Positions 20,910 to 30,405 of a stretch of 64,000 bases of DNA are shown here, one piece after another. Origin of the DNA: an uncultured Gemmatimonadales bacterium (lineage in GTDB: Bacteria; Gemmatimonadota; Gemmatimonadetes; Longimicrobiales; RSA9); contig CAWAMW010000017.1 of the NCBI GenBank assembly GCA_963783305.1, forward strand, positions 288,001 through 352,000, in the 5' to 3' direction. Below the pieces are notes generated by a model, which saw only the letters and a list, made by a program, of their open reading frames with translations, did no database searches and had not been told where the DNA came from. Each line of letters begins with the position of its first letter. The stretch's first letter is position 1. The position numbers and the translations under genes were made by a program.

Positions 20910-21785
20910 TCACAGATCCGGTTGACAGTCCTCGTGCGGGAGAGTACGGGTGGGACTCTCGGTGCGCTGCTCGATCCGTTCGACGACGCGGGGTCGCATG
21001 CTCAGGAACTCTGTCACCAGGTGGGGATCGAGCTTCCCTAACGCGTCGACGAGCGAGTCGTCCGGCAGCGAGCGCGCTCGCCGGAACGGCGTCCCCAGCG
21101 CACCGGGCAGGTAGATCGAGTCGATCTCCGTCTCCCAGCACGTCTTGGGCTTGCTCGCCAGGTGGTACTCGAACGCACGATTGTGGTCGATGGCCACGGT
21201 CCGTCCGTCCACCACGAGCCAGTTCGACTGGTGACGATCGCTGTTGCCGATGAGCGCGTCTAAAAAGCGCAGCCGGTCCGGCTTGAGCGCACCCACATCC
21301 CGCGGCGACGAGGCGTCCCGCACGAAGTACATGGCCGATCCCACGAGGGTGTCGCCGTGACTGTCCAGGATCCGGGCTGGCACCGTCATGGGCGTGAGGT
21401 CCAGCCGCAGGAGCCGGTCCAGCCGGTAGGTGGCGATTTCGCGATCGGCACCGCAAGACCGGCAGAAGATGTCGGACCCATCCACCTTGAAGATCGCGGC
21501 CACCCCGTCGCCATACTCCAGCCGGTAGGTGAAGCTGACACCCTGGCTGTCCAGCGACAACGGCTCCGCGGAGCGCGGCTGCGAGCGCAGGATCGAGTCG
21601 AGGCGATCCAGGATGCGATCGCCGGCCGCCGTATCTCCAGCCGCTCGCGCCGCCCACACGGCTTCCTGCAGACGGCCGAGGGCGACGAGCGAGTCCACAC
21701 GTTCCAGAGCGGCGTTCTGGGCACCGGCGGGAACGGCCAGCACGGCGGCCAGCCCAACGACCAACGCTGCCATCGAGTGGTTCAT
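20910..21785 (-). CDS. Secreted atypical kinase-like protein
   Basis: Signal peptide (..AGAQ); AIFK, REIATYRLDRLL, DALIGNSDRHQSNWL, AIDHNRAF. Confidence 0.7.
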   Translation of the reverse strand: MNHSMAALVVGLAAVLAVPAGAQNAALERVDSLVALGRLQEAVWAARAAGDTAAGDRILDRLDSILRSQPRSAEPLSLDSQGVSFTYRLEYGDGVAAIFKVDGSDIFCRSCGADREIATYRLDRLLRLDLTPMTVPARILDSHGDTLVGSAMYFVRDASSPRDVGALKPDRLRFLDALIGNSDRHQSNWLVVDGRTVAIDHNRAFEYHLASKPKTCWETEIDSIYLPGALGTPFRRARSLPDDSLVDALGKLDPHLVTEFLSMRPRVVERIEQRTESPTRTLPHEDCQPDL

Positions 21786-21817
21786 GCTGGAAAATACGGC
21801 CACGGCAGAGCGCGACG

Positions 21818-22264
21818 CTACCGGTAGCAGACAGGCGGCTCGACGACCAGCCGTTCTCCAGCCCAGCGGCCCTTCTGCACACAGCTCAGACCTACGTCAT
21901 CGTCCTCCACCATGGCCTCCCACGACCAGTCGGTGGCGTGTACGAGCCTGAACCGCACGTCCCCGGGGATCTCGATGCTCAGCGTCCGCTCCCATGCTGC
22001 AAACGTGCCCGTCTCACGATGGTATCGCTCCTGCGCCTCCGCCACCTGCCCCAGCGTTCCCAGCAGGCGCCCGTGCGGCGTAGCGTCGCTGAATCCGCGC
22101 CCCAGGATCGCCGTGGCCGCGGCCGTCACCAGCAGCACCGCCGACACCGTGAGCACCACCATGCTGCCGGGGCTCGACCTGGGCTGCGTCCTGAAGTCAC
22201 CAGTTCCGCTCCGCCGGTCCCCGCGCCCGCTGCGTGCCATCCCAACGCTCCTGTTAAACCGCAC
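21818..22264 (-). CDS. Hypothetical single-TM protein, weakly pilin-like; start uncertain
   Basis: Hydrophobic helix followed by L..VAEAQERY...G.F and a C-terminal Cys pair. Confidence 0.5.
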   Translation of the reverse strand: MRFNRSVGMARSGRGDRRSGTGDFRTQPRSSPGSMVVLTVSAVLLVTAAATAILGRGFSDATPHGRLLGTLGQVAEAQERYHRETGTFAAWERTLSIEIPGDVRFRLVHATDWSWEAMVEDDDVGLSCVQKGRWAGERLVVEPPVCYR

Positions 22265-22320
22265 CCTCGTACGGCCACTACTTCAAGAGCCGGGCCGCCG
22301 CGCGCGTGCCCGGGGACGGA

Positions 22321-22456
22321 GCCGGGAGCGGGAGCGGGAGCGGGAGCGGGAGCGGCCGCGGCAATCGGCAGCGGCAGCGGCAATCGGCAAGCGGCAGCGG
22401 CAAGCGGCAAGCGGCAGCGGCAAGCGGCAAGCGGCAAGCGGCAAGCGGCAGCGGCG
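22321..22456. repeat. Tandem GGGAGC hexamers followed by a mixed GGCAAGC/GGCAGC/GGCAATC array
   Basis: Units read directly in the sequence. Confidence 0.92.
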
Positions 22457-22461
22457 GATGG

Positions 22462-22501
22462 AGAAGCGTCCCGCGGCCTCGTAAGGCCGCGGGACGCTTC
22501 T
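22462..22501 (-). terminator. Hairpin, probable terminator of the DEAD-CSD gene
   Basis: Perfect 18-bp stem; the loop reads UACG on the minus strand. Confidence 0.75.
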
Positions 22502-22556
22502 TCAGGGCGCCGCCATCACACGCGTGCGGCGGCGGCTCCGGGCTGGCCGCGTTCGG

Positions 22557-23588
22557 TCAGAGCGGCTGGACTTCGCGCGCCTCGGGGCTCTTCTCTGTCG
22601 GTACCCGCCGGAAGCGGACGCGCTGGCCGTCGTCCAGCGACTTGAAGCCGTCACCCACGATATTGGAGTGGTGGACGAACACGTCCTCGTCGCCGTCGTC
22701 GGGCTCGATGAAACCGAAGCCCTTGCTGTTGCTGAACCAGCGGACGACACCGGTGATGGTATCGCTGGACCCGCCCTCGGCCGAAGCCGCGGCGACTACA
22801 CGATCGGGCTGCTCGAAAGACGACTTTCTCCTGGGGGCCGGCACCGCTTCGGCAGCCCCCACATCCACGCGCATTGGATCGTTGAGAACCGTCCGTGCCA
22901 GCTCCTGCGCCTCGCCCGAGAGCGTCCGGCCCACGAAGACGACCTGCCGCTTCTGCGGCGTGAGCTCCAGGATTCGCTCGACTTCCGCGTGCTTCCCGCG
23001 CTGCAGGAGCGTATCGATGGGATCGAAAACCAGCACCTCGACCTGCCCGAGCCGCACGTTGCCCGCGTCCAGATGCTCCAGCAGTCGGTCCGGGGTCGCC
23101 ACGAGCACGTCGAAGCCCGCGTTCAGGTCTCTGACCTGATCCACGGCGGGCACGCCGCCGTGGATCTCACCCACCCACAGATCCGCCTCTTTCGCCAGCG
23201 TCCGGGCCTGCTCGGCGATGTCCTCGACCATGTCCACGGCCGGAGTCACCACCAGCGTGTGCAGACCCTCCCGGTGCAGTTGGCGCTCCAGCGCCGGCAC
23301 CATGTACGCCCCGGTCTTACCAGTGCCTTCGGGGGCGCTCATGATGATGTCCCGGCCGCTCCGGAGCGCGTCGATGGTACGCTCCTGGACGGGGCGGGGT
23401 CGACTCCAGCCGAGTTGTCGCAGGCCTCTTCGCAGCTCGTCGTGCTCCACCACGTCGTCGAACGTGCTCGGTCGCGCCTCCTGGTCGGGGGCTCGTGTCG
23501 TCGTAGAAGTCGTGGACCCTCCGCGTCGGAAGAACGCGAACAGTGCCCACACGATAAGCGCCGCGATCGCCACGACGAGGACGATCAT
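22557..23588 (-). CDS. N-terminal TM + single degenerate DEAD-box RecA-like domain + cold-shock domain
   Basis: Q-motif [20 protein letters not shown], motif II DPID; C-terminal GVVRWF...KGFGFI...DVFVHHS. Confidence 0.85.
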   Translation of the reverse strand: MIVLVVAIAALIVWALFAFFRRGGSTTSTTTRAPDQEARPSTFDDVVEHDELRRGLRQLGWSRPRPVQERTIDALRSGRDIIMSAPEGTGKTGAYMVPALERQLHREGLHTLVVTPAVDMVEDIAEQARTLAKEADLWVGEIHGGVPAVDQVRDLNAGFDVLVATPDRLLEHLDAGNVRLGQVEVLVFDPIDTLLQRGKHAEVERILELTPQKRQVVFVGRTLSGEAQELARTVLNDPMRVDVGAAEAVPAPRRKSSFEQPDRVVAAASAEGGSSDTITGVVRWFSNSKGFGFIEPDDGDEDVFVHHSNIVGDGFKSLDDGQRVRFRRVPTEKSPEAREVQPL

Positions 23589-23691
23589 CCGAGATGTTCG
23601 TTTGTCCGTTCATGCCACCATTGTCCGGCGTTGCGCCCCCTTCTGTCAAGCGACGGGGGTGTCTGCACCTCCCTCGATCAGCACAGGGAGA

Positions 23692-25296
23692 TCAGCGGAT
23701 TGCGGCGCTGGCGGACGCCGGTCCCCGCAGGATCGGGTACGAGCCAGCGTCCGCCTCCAGCGCCTCGTCCACCAGGTTCCAGTTGACGACCCCGTCGGGG
23801 GCCCGCGGCTCCAGCAGGTGAAACACCAACCGGGCCAGAGGCTGTGTCATGGGAACTTCGAGGGTGCCCGCCGGGAGGTCCAGAACCGCCGGAACCCACT
23901 GTCCGTAGACCTCGCGCTCGCGGTGACCCTGGAACTCGCGTTCGGCCACGTGCATCGAGTCCACGACGAATTGCTCCCCCTCCACCCGCAGGGGCTCCGG
24001 CAACGCCCGCGTCCGCACGCCGTGGAGCGCGAGCAGGTCGACCACCGAGTCGAGGCCGCTCGGCACAAAGTACGACTCCGGAACACGCTCCGTCTCCGTG
24101 GCAGCGAAGGCGCCATACTCCGCCATCCGCTCGGGCCGAACGCTGTCCAGGCGCGCCAGGTAGCGCAGCCCTGAGTACCGGCTCAGTCGCTCCTCGGTCG
24201 CGCCCATGAGGATCTCGGCCTCGGCGCCCCTCTCGAACACCGCCCGCAGCGGGAGCCGCTCCCCCCGGAGGTCCCGGGCATCCGCCGCCGCCACCGCGTC
24301 CTTGATCCGCCGGGCGTTCCCGTGGGCGTAATCGAGGATCGCCTCGACGAACGCGAGCGTCGCTTCCACCCGGTCCCGGAAGCTGGCGTAGGAGTACGCC
24401 TCGCTCAGCACGGCGATACGGTTTCTGAGCCCCACGTAGTTGTTGTTGAAGCGAGGGCGGTAGTCGAAGGTGTACCAGCCGAGCTCGCCATCGTCGGGGG
24501 CGTAGGCGTTGCCGTAGTAGTAGGCGCGCCAGCCACCGACATCACGAATCCGCTCCGTGGCGTAGGGCAGCAGATCCCGGCGTACGAGTTCCACGAGCGC
24601 CGCGTCGGTGTCCGGGTGCAGAGGCGGAGAATAGGTGAGATGGTAGGCGTGCTGGGTGCCATTGGTGGTGTGCAGATCCACCACGATATGGGGATCGTAG
24701 CGATCGATCAGGCCCACCAGCGAGCGCGCCTCCGGTGACCGCAGCTTCATGTGGTCCCGGTTCAGGTCGAGCCCCTGCGCGTTCGTGCGCACTCCAACAC
24801 CCCCCGCAGGGCCGTTCTGGCGGTACCGATTCAGCACGCTGAACCGCTCGTTCCCGTCGGCATTGTAGATCGGCGCCACCAGCACCACCAGCGAGTCCAG
24901 CCATTCGCCGTGCTCACCGGCCGCAAAGGCCCGGAGGAGCATCTGTGCCGCCTCTTTTCCCTCCACCTCGCCCCCGTGGATGTTGGCGAGCACCAGGACT
25001 CGGGTGCGACCCGTGGCCCTCACGGTCTCCGGGTCCGCGTTCCTCAGCCCGCGGCCGACCACCACCAGCGGGAGCGGACGCCCCTCCAGCGAGTAGCCGA
25101 ACGTCCGCTGGTGCAGAACCCCGGGGGCGCGTGCGTCCTCGAGCGCCAGCGCTTCCAGCAACTCGAGTACATCGCCGTAGCGACTCGTCTCCGCCCAGTC
25201 GGTCCGCTCCGCCCGTGTCAGCGGCTCCTGGGCGAGCGCCGATGCCGCGCATCCGAGCCACAGCCCCAGCGCCACCACTAGCGCCACCCTCGTCAT
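23692..25296 (-). CDS. M14 family zinc carboxypeptidase (secreted)
   Basis: Signal peptide; NIHGGEVEG, NADG, DLNRD, VDLH. Confidence 0.9.
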   Translation of the reverse strand: MTRVALVVALGLWLGCAASALAQEPLTRAERTDWAETSRYGDVLELLEALALEDARAPGVLHQRTFGYSLEGRPLPLVVVGRGLRNADPETVRATGRTRVLVLANIHGGEVEGKEAAQMLLRAFAAGEHGEWLDSLVVLVAPIYNADGNERFSVLNRYRQNGPAGGVGVRTNAQGLDLNRDHMKLRSPEARSLVGLIDRYDPHIVVDLHTTNGTQHAYHLTYSPPLHPDTDAALVELVRRDLLPYATERIRDVGGWRAYYYGNAYAPDDGELGWYTFDYRPRFNNNYVGLRNRIAVLSEAYSYASFRDRVEATLAFVEAILDYAHGNARRIKDAVAAADARDLRGERLPLRAVFERGAEAEILMGATEERLSRYSGLRYLARLDSVRPERMAEYGAFAATETERVPESYFVPSGLDSVVDLLALHGVRTRALPEPLRVEGEQFVVDSMHVAEREFQGHREREVYGQWVPAVLDLPAGTLEVPMTQPLARLVFHLLEPRAPDGVVNWNLVDEALEADAGSYPILRGPASASAAIR

Positions 25297-25387
25297 CCTC
25301 GCCCCTCGCTTGGCTTGTCTCATGCGCCCATCATGCGGGGTGCGGTCGCGTGGCCGCAACGGCACATGAGGTTGGCCGGGAGGAAAG

Positions 25388-26509
25388 ATGCCGATGGGTG
25401 GGGAATTGGACTGGAAGCGCCTGGCGGAGCGAATCGCCATGCGTGCGGAGAAGCAGTTCGACCGGGGTCGGGCCCGGCTTCGACGTGCAGGCGACGGTGA
25501 CCGGCCCGCCCGGGTGGTCGGCTATCGCAGCTACGGGACGGGGAATATGGCCTACGTCCGTGGGCGGGTCCTCCTGGGAAGAGCGCCCGCGCCCGCCGCC
25601 GCCGAAGACTCCTGGTGGCTCAACCTGTCGAACGCGTTTCGGCGAATTCGATCGGAGGAAGTACCGGGCGCACGCGTGCGAGCACACCTCAACGGCGTCA
25701 GCGCAGAAGCGATCGCGGACGAGGAGGGGTACTTCACGGCGGAGATTCACGCAGCCACGCCTCTGGACAAGGGAGATTTCTGGCACGACGCCCGGGTGGA
25801 GTTGCTCGATCCACAGGGATCGGCGACGACCGTTCCCGTGAGCATCCCCCGCGACCCCGCGTTCGGCGTTATCAGCGACCTGGACGACACCGTGCTCCAG
25901 ACGGACGTCCGCAAAATCCTGCGCATGGGGAGGGAGGTCCTCTTCGGCAATGCCCACACGCGCATCCCGTTCCCCGGCGTGGGCGCCTTCTACCGGGCGC
26001 TGCACGACGGCGGCAACCCGCTTTTCTACGTGTCGAGCAGCCCCTGGAACCTCTACGACGTGCTCAGCCAGTTCCTCCACCTGCACCGTATCCCCGCCGG
26101 ACCCATGGACCTCCGGGACTGGGGCGTGGGACCCTCTCGCGGCATCGGCGGCCATCACGGGCACAAGCGCGCCGCCATCGACCGCATTCTCGCCACCTAT
26201 CCGCACCTGCCCTTCATTCTGGTGGGCGACAGCGGACAGGAGGACCCCGAAATCTATCGGAGCGTCGTTCACGACCACCCGGAGCGGGTGCTCGCCATCT
26301 ACATCAGGAGCGTAGTGCCCGATCGGGCACGGATCGAGGCGGTAGGGATGCTGGGCAAGGAACTCGCAGATCACGGGATCGACCTCGTCCTTGCTCAGGA
26401 TACCGTGGACGCCGCACGGCACGCTGCCGCCCGAGGCTGGATCCCCGCGGTCGCCGTCGAGAGCGTCGCCGTCGACCGGGCAAGGGAGCGGCACGAGTCC
26501 GAATCCTGA
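25388..26509 (+). CDS. App1 family phosphatidate phosphatase (DUF2183)
   Basis: ISDLDDT, YVSSSPWNLY, LVGDSGQEDPEIY. Confidence 0.9.
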   Translation: MPMGGELDWKRLAERIAMRAEKQFDRGRARLRRAGDGDRPARVVGYRSYGTGNMAYVRGRVLLGRAPAPAAAEDSWWLNLSNAFRRIRSEEVPGARVRAHLNGVSAEAIADEEGYFTAEIHAATPLDKGDFWHDARVELLDPQGSATTVPVSIPRDPAFGVISDLDDTVLQTDVRKILRMGREVLFGNAHTRIPFPGVGAFYRALHDGGNPLFYVSSSPWNLYDVLSQFLHLHRIPAGPMDLRDWGVGPSRGIGGHHGHKRAAIDRILATYPHLPFILVGDSGQEDPEIYRSVVHDHPERVLAIYIRSVVPDRARIEAVGMLGKELADHGIDLVLAQDTVDAARHAAARGWIPAVAVESVAVDRARERHESES

Positions 26510-26562
26510 GGCTGTGGCACCGGCCGGGATCGCGCTCGGGCCGGATCATCGGTCGAAAAGGG

Positions 26563-26823
26563 CTATCGCTCCGCCGCCGACCCCCCCCTTCCCTCCAGCC
26601 GCGCCCGCAGCTCCGCCGCCAGTCGCTCCAGCTCCTCCGACCGCTGCTCCGCCAGCGTCGCCAGCTTCTCCAGGTTCTGGCGCCCAGGACGGCGACGTCC
26701 CGTGGCCCAGGAGTACAGCGCGGAGTAAGATACCCCCGCTTCGCGCGCCACATCTTCCATTCGGCCGGCAATCCCCTGCAGCAGATCACCCACAACCTCG
26801 GCCACCGTATCGTTGTCCGCCAC
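26563..26823 (-). CDS. Small XRE-type HTH protein with coiled-coil tail
   Basis: GGAGG followed by a GTG start; MEDVAREAGVSYSALYSWATGRRRP. Confidence 0.7.
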   Translation of the reverse strand: MADNDTVAEVVGDLLQGIAGRMEDVAREAGVSYSALYSWATGRRRPGRQNLEKLATLAEQRSEELERLAAELRARLEGRGGSAAER

Positions 26824-27023
26824 TGGTTTCGCTCCTCCGGGCTCGCCGGCCTCCGTTCTCACGTGCCGCCGTATGATCAACTCTCGTATCGGGTCCATTC
26901 TCGTCATCAATCGCGGCCGCCTACCATCGGGTCGACAGACCGAACGAATCTTGAGAGCAAGTTCCGTTCGCAACGGTCGGGCGGGGGCGGTGGAGAGGCA
27001 TTCCTGCATAACGGACCGCATAA

Positions 27024-27165
27024 CGGACCAGGTTCCATATTCCACATTCCGGGGGCGTACAGCGCTCAAGGTCCAGCACGCGGTGGAGCTGACTCACGGA
27101 CAAGCAGCGGAGAGCCGGCTGGAGATAGTGGAATGGGTCCAAAGTGGAATATGGAACCTGGTCCG
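27024..27165. repeat. Perfect 22-bp inverted repeat pair enclosing about 98 bp (MITE/REP-like)
   Basis: cggaccaggttccatattccac (27024-27045) and gtggaatatggaacctggtccg (27144-27165). Confidence 0.85.
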
Positions 27166-27185
27166 GGGATGCTCGATGGCGACAT

Positions 27186-27614
27186 TCACTCGCGCTCCAC
27201 AGGGCCCCGGAGCTTCTTGGTCCTGCCACGCTGCTTCTTCTTGCGGAGCCGCTTCTCGTTGGAGGAGCGGGTGCGACGGGTCGCCTTCCGCTTCTTGCGA
27301 GGCCGAAGTGCGTCCCGTACGAGGTCGGCGAGCCGGTCGGCGGCCACGTTCCGGTTACGATGCTGACTCCGATGGGTGTCCACAGTGACCTGGAGCACGC
27401 CCTCCTGGTCGATTCGGCCGGAGAGTCGCTCCAGGAGGACCTCACGGCGACCCTCGGAGAGGGATGGCGAGTTCCGGACGTTCCAGCGGAGCTGGATGCG
27501 GCTGGAGGTGGTGTTCGCGTGCTGTCCGCCAGGGCCACCGGAGCGTGACGCCTGGAAGTCCAACTCGGCGGCGGGAATGGAGAAGCGGTTGCTGATGGAA
27601 ATCGAGTCAGCCAT
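27186..27614 (-). CDS. arfB: Alternative ribosome rescue peptidyl-tRNA hydrolase
   Basis: SRSGGPGGQHAN, RSQHRNR and a basic C-terminal tail. Confidence 0.94.
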   Translation of the reverse strand: MADSISISNRFSIPAAELDFQASRSGGPGGQHANTTSSRIQLRWNVRNSPSLSEGRREVLLERLSGRIDQEGVLQVTVDTHRSQHRNRNVAADRLADLVRDALRPRKKRKATRRTRSSNEKRLRKKKQRGRTKKLRGPVERE

Positions 27615-27810
27615 GACGGAGGGGTTCAGAGGAGCGTTCTGCGGGAATGTACGAAACGTGCATGGTGTGGGAAGATCCCTGACATGTAAGTTTCCACCGT
27701 TGCCCGACAGACACGCTGCCGGGAGAGGTTCATCATTATCGGGGCGCTGCCCCCGTGCGCGTTCTGAGCGACCCAACTGGGCTCGACGCTTTCCAGAGGA
27801 GGCGATACAC

Positions 27811-29151
27811 ATGCCGGACCAGCTAACGATCACCGATCACAGGACCGGGAAGGAATACACCTCCCCGATCATTTACGGGACTTACCCGGAGTACGGTTCG
27901 GCTACGCCGGCACCGCCGCTGCGGCAGATCAAGACGTCCGAGGAGGATTTCGGGCTCCTGACCTACGACCCGGCGTTCAAGAACACCGCATCGTGCAAGA
28001 GCTCGATCACCTTCATCGACGGCGACAAGGGCATCCTGCGGTACCGCGGCATCCCCATCGAAGAGCTGGCCGAGCACAGCAACTACCTGGAATCGGCCTA
28101 CCTGACGCTGTTCGGCGAGTTGCCGACCACGGAGCAGTACGAGGCGTGGGAGCACGAGATCACGCACCACACCTTCACGCACGAGAACCTCAAGACGCTC
28201 ATCGACGGGTTCCACCACGACGCCCATCCCATGGGGATGTTCGTCAGCATGGTGGCGGCCCTCTCCACGTTCTATCCCGAGGCCCGCAGCATCCAGGACC
28301 CGGAGAACCGACTGAGGCAGATCGTGCGGCTCATCGCGAAGGTACCCACCATCGCGGCGTTCGCGTACCGGCACAGCAAGGGGCTGCCGTACGTCTACCC
28401 GGACAACGACCTGGGCTTCGCGGCGAACTTCCTGAACATGATGTTCAAGATCTCGCCCAAGTACCGGCCGGACCCGGTTCTCGAGAAGGTGATGGACACG
28501 CTGTTCATCCTCCATATCGACCACGAGCAGAACTGCAGCACGACCACGATGCGGACGGTGGGCAGCTCGCACGCCGATCCCTACGTCGCCCTCTCGGCCG
28601 CCGCGGCGGCGCTCTACGGCCCGCTCCACGGCGGCGCGAATGAGCGCGTGCTCCGCATGCTGAGCGAGATCGGCACCAAGGACCGGGTGCCGGAGTTCGT
28701 GCAGCGGGCGAAGGATGGCGAGTTCCGTCTCATGGGCTTCGGGCACCGCGTCTACAAGAACTACGATCCGCGGGCGAAGATCCTCCGCGAGCTGGCGCCG
28801 CAGGTGTTCGAGATCACGGGCAAGGACCCGCTCCTCGACCTGGCGGTGGAGCTCGAGCGGATCGCCCTGGAGGACGATTACTTCGTCTCCCGGAACCTGT
28901 ACCCGAACGTGGACTTCTATTCAGGGATCATCTACAAGGCCCTGGGCTTCCCGACGGACATGTTCCCGGTGCTGTTCGCGATTCCACGGACCGTTGGCTG
29001 GCTGGCGCAGTGGCAGGAGATGCTGATGGACTCCGACCAGGCGATCGCCCGGCCGCGTCAGATCTATACCGGCTACGACACCCGTCCCTACACGTCCGTG
29101 GAGGATAGGGACCGGACCCCAAAAGCGGCTGAGGTCATGGCCGGCGTCTGA
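27811..29151 (+). CDS. gltA: Citrate synthase
   Basis: GAGGAGG RBS; DHEQNCST, GPLHGGAN, MGFGHRVYKNYDPR, YPNVDFYSG. Confidence 0.97.
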   Translation: MPDQLTITDHRTGKEYTSPIIYGTYPEYGSATPAPPLRQIKTSEEDFGLLTYDPAFKNTASCKSSITFIDGDKGILRYRGIPIEELAEHSNYLESAYLTLFGELPTTEQYEAWEHEITHHTFTHENLKTLIDGFHHDAHPMGMFVSMVAALSTFYPEARSIQDPENRLRQIVRLIAKVPTIAAFAYRHSKGLPYVYPDNDLGFAANFLNMMFKISPKYRPDPVLEKVMDTLFILHIDHEQNCSTTTMRTVGSSHADPYVALSAAAAALYGPLHGGANERVLRMLSEIGTKDRVPEFVQRAKDGEFRLMGFGHRVYKNYDPRAKILRELAPQVFEITGKDPLLDLAVELERIALEDDYFVSRNLYPNVDFYSGIIYKALGFPTDMFPVLFAIPRTVGWLAQWQEMLMDSDQAIARPRQIYTGYDTRPYTSVEDRDRTPKAAEVMAGV

Positions 29152-29182
29152 TTCGCCGGGCTGACCCCAGCCAAGATCCGGG

Positions 29183-29213
29183 AGGGGGCGCCGACTCGTC
29201 GGCGCCCCCTTTT
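29183..29213 (+). terminator. Rho-independent terminator after gltA
   Basis: agggggcgccga-ctcg-tcggcgccccct followed by a T run. Confidence 0.85.
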
Positions 29214-29246
29214 CTGTGCACACTCGGTGGGTCCGAGATTTCCTGC

Positions 29247-29447
29247 TCAGTTTCCCCGATGGCGGTTCAGCGCCATCAGCAGCCTGTCCGGCTCCAGCCC
29301 GTGCCGCTCCGCCGCCTCCCGGATGGGCAGCGGGCCACCACAGCACGCATCCAGACCGAACAGCTGGAAGATTCCAACCGTCTCCGGCCACGCCTTTATG
29401 GTCTCGTTGATCGTCATTTCCCCGAGAATCGCCTGTGTCGCTTCCAA
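29247..29447 (-). CDS. DUF542/ScdA-N-like small protein (stand-alone N-terminal domain of RIC Fe-S repair proteins)
   Basis: P.TV.IF..FGLD.CCGG....EAA..HGL pattern. Confidence 0.8.
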   Translation of the reverse strand: MEATQAILGEMTINETIKAWPETVGIFQLFGLDACCGGPLPIREAAERHGLEPDRLLMALNRHRGN

Positions 29448-29461
29448 TTCAGTTCCTCGCG

Positions 29462-29908
29462 TTACGCTGTGAATTCAGGACGGCCAGCCGCCCGGGCGCT
29501 CGCACGCACCGGGCCCAGGGTCGTCCAGATGTTGTAGATGAAAAGCGCCGCCCCGATCGCAGTGAGGCTCCCGCCCACCCCGAGCAGCGCGCCGCCAGCC
29601 GGTCGCACCCACACCCGCAGGATCCAGCCGGCCACCATGCCGGCCAGTCCGGCATTCGCGACCCACAGGTGCGCACCCGCCAGACGTCGGCTGGTGAGGG
29701 GCACCCCAGAGAACCGCGGAATTACGTGATACGCCACGCCGAAGATCATCATGCTGACGAATCCCAGCAGATGCGCGTGGGCGTGCGCCGGCCGGAATGC
29801 CAGCGTCTCCGCCGGCCACCACACCATGCTCAGTCCCAGCAGGATTCCGGTTCCGAACCAGACCAGACTGGACCGTATGAAGCCCCGGACGAACCACTCC
29901 ATCCCCAT
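29462..29908 (-). CDS. Small 4-TM protein resembling the C-terminal heme-binding helices of heme-copper subunit I
   Basis: PAHAHAHLLGFVSMMIFGVAY..IPRF. Confidence 0.7.
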   Translation of the reverse strand: MGMEWFVRGFIRSSLVWFGTGILLGLSMVWWPAETLAFRPAHAHAHLLGFVSMMIFGVAYHVIPRFSGVPLTSRRLAGAHLWVANAGLAGMVAGWILRVWVRPAGGALLGVGGSLTAIGAALFIYNIWTTLGPVRASARAAGRPEFTA

Positions 29909-29937
29909 TCAGCTACCACTTTCCGGGAGTCTACCCG

Positions 29938-30393
29938 TCAGAACCGCTCGCCCTTCGCTTCCCGCTTGTGGCTGCCCACCGGTCGGATCCGCGTCCACAT
30001 CATCCAGAAATAGAAGAGCAGCCCTACGATCTGCCCCAACCCGCCCAGGACCACCACCCACGCCAGGAGCCTCGAGTCCACCCACGCCCGACCCGCCTCC
30101 GCCAGGAACCGGCTCAGCGTGGCGATGAAGAGGATCCAGTACGCCGCCGCGGCGCGCCCGGGCGAGTACCGCGTGTCGTCCTTCGCCGCCCGCGGAAACA
30201 GCCAGAGCGCCACACCCAGAATCAGGAACATGACGAAGCCGATGAGCACGGCGTGGGCGTGCGCGGACACCAGGTTCGGGTGGGGATAGCGCCCCAGAAG
30301 CTCCCGCTGCACCACCAGCCAGAACCCGAGCACCAGACCGACGGCCAGGAACCCGATGCCCGTCTTGATAAACCTGCGGACCAGCGTGTACAT
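29938..30393 (-). CDS. Small 4-TM protein, paralog of the neighbour
   Basis: LVRRFIKT, SAHAHAVLIGFVMFLILGVALWLFPR. Confidence 0.7.
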   Translation of the reverse strand: MYTLVRRFIKTGIGFLAVGLVLGFWLVVQRELLGRYPHPNLVSAHAHAVLIGFVMFLILGVALWLFPRAAKDDTRYSPGRAAAAYWILFIATLSRFLAEAGRAWVDSRLLAWVVVLGGLGQIVGLLFYFWMMWTRIRPVGSHKREAKGERF

Positions 30394-30405
30394 GTCTCGC
30401 TCTCC

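Noticed and set aside
27006..27029. 11-bp match GCATAACGGAC shared with the attC-like site at 59972-59982
   Set aside because: Too short to be meaningful, and there is no matching GTTRRRY end or cassette geometry at 27 kb.
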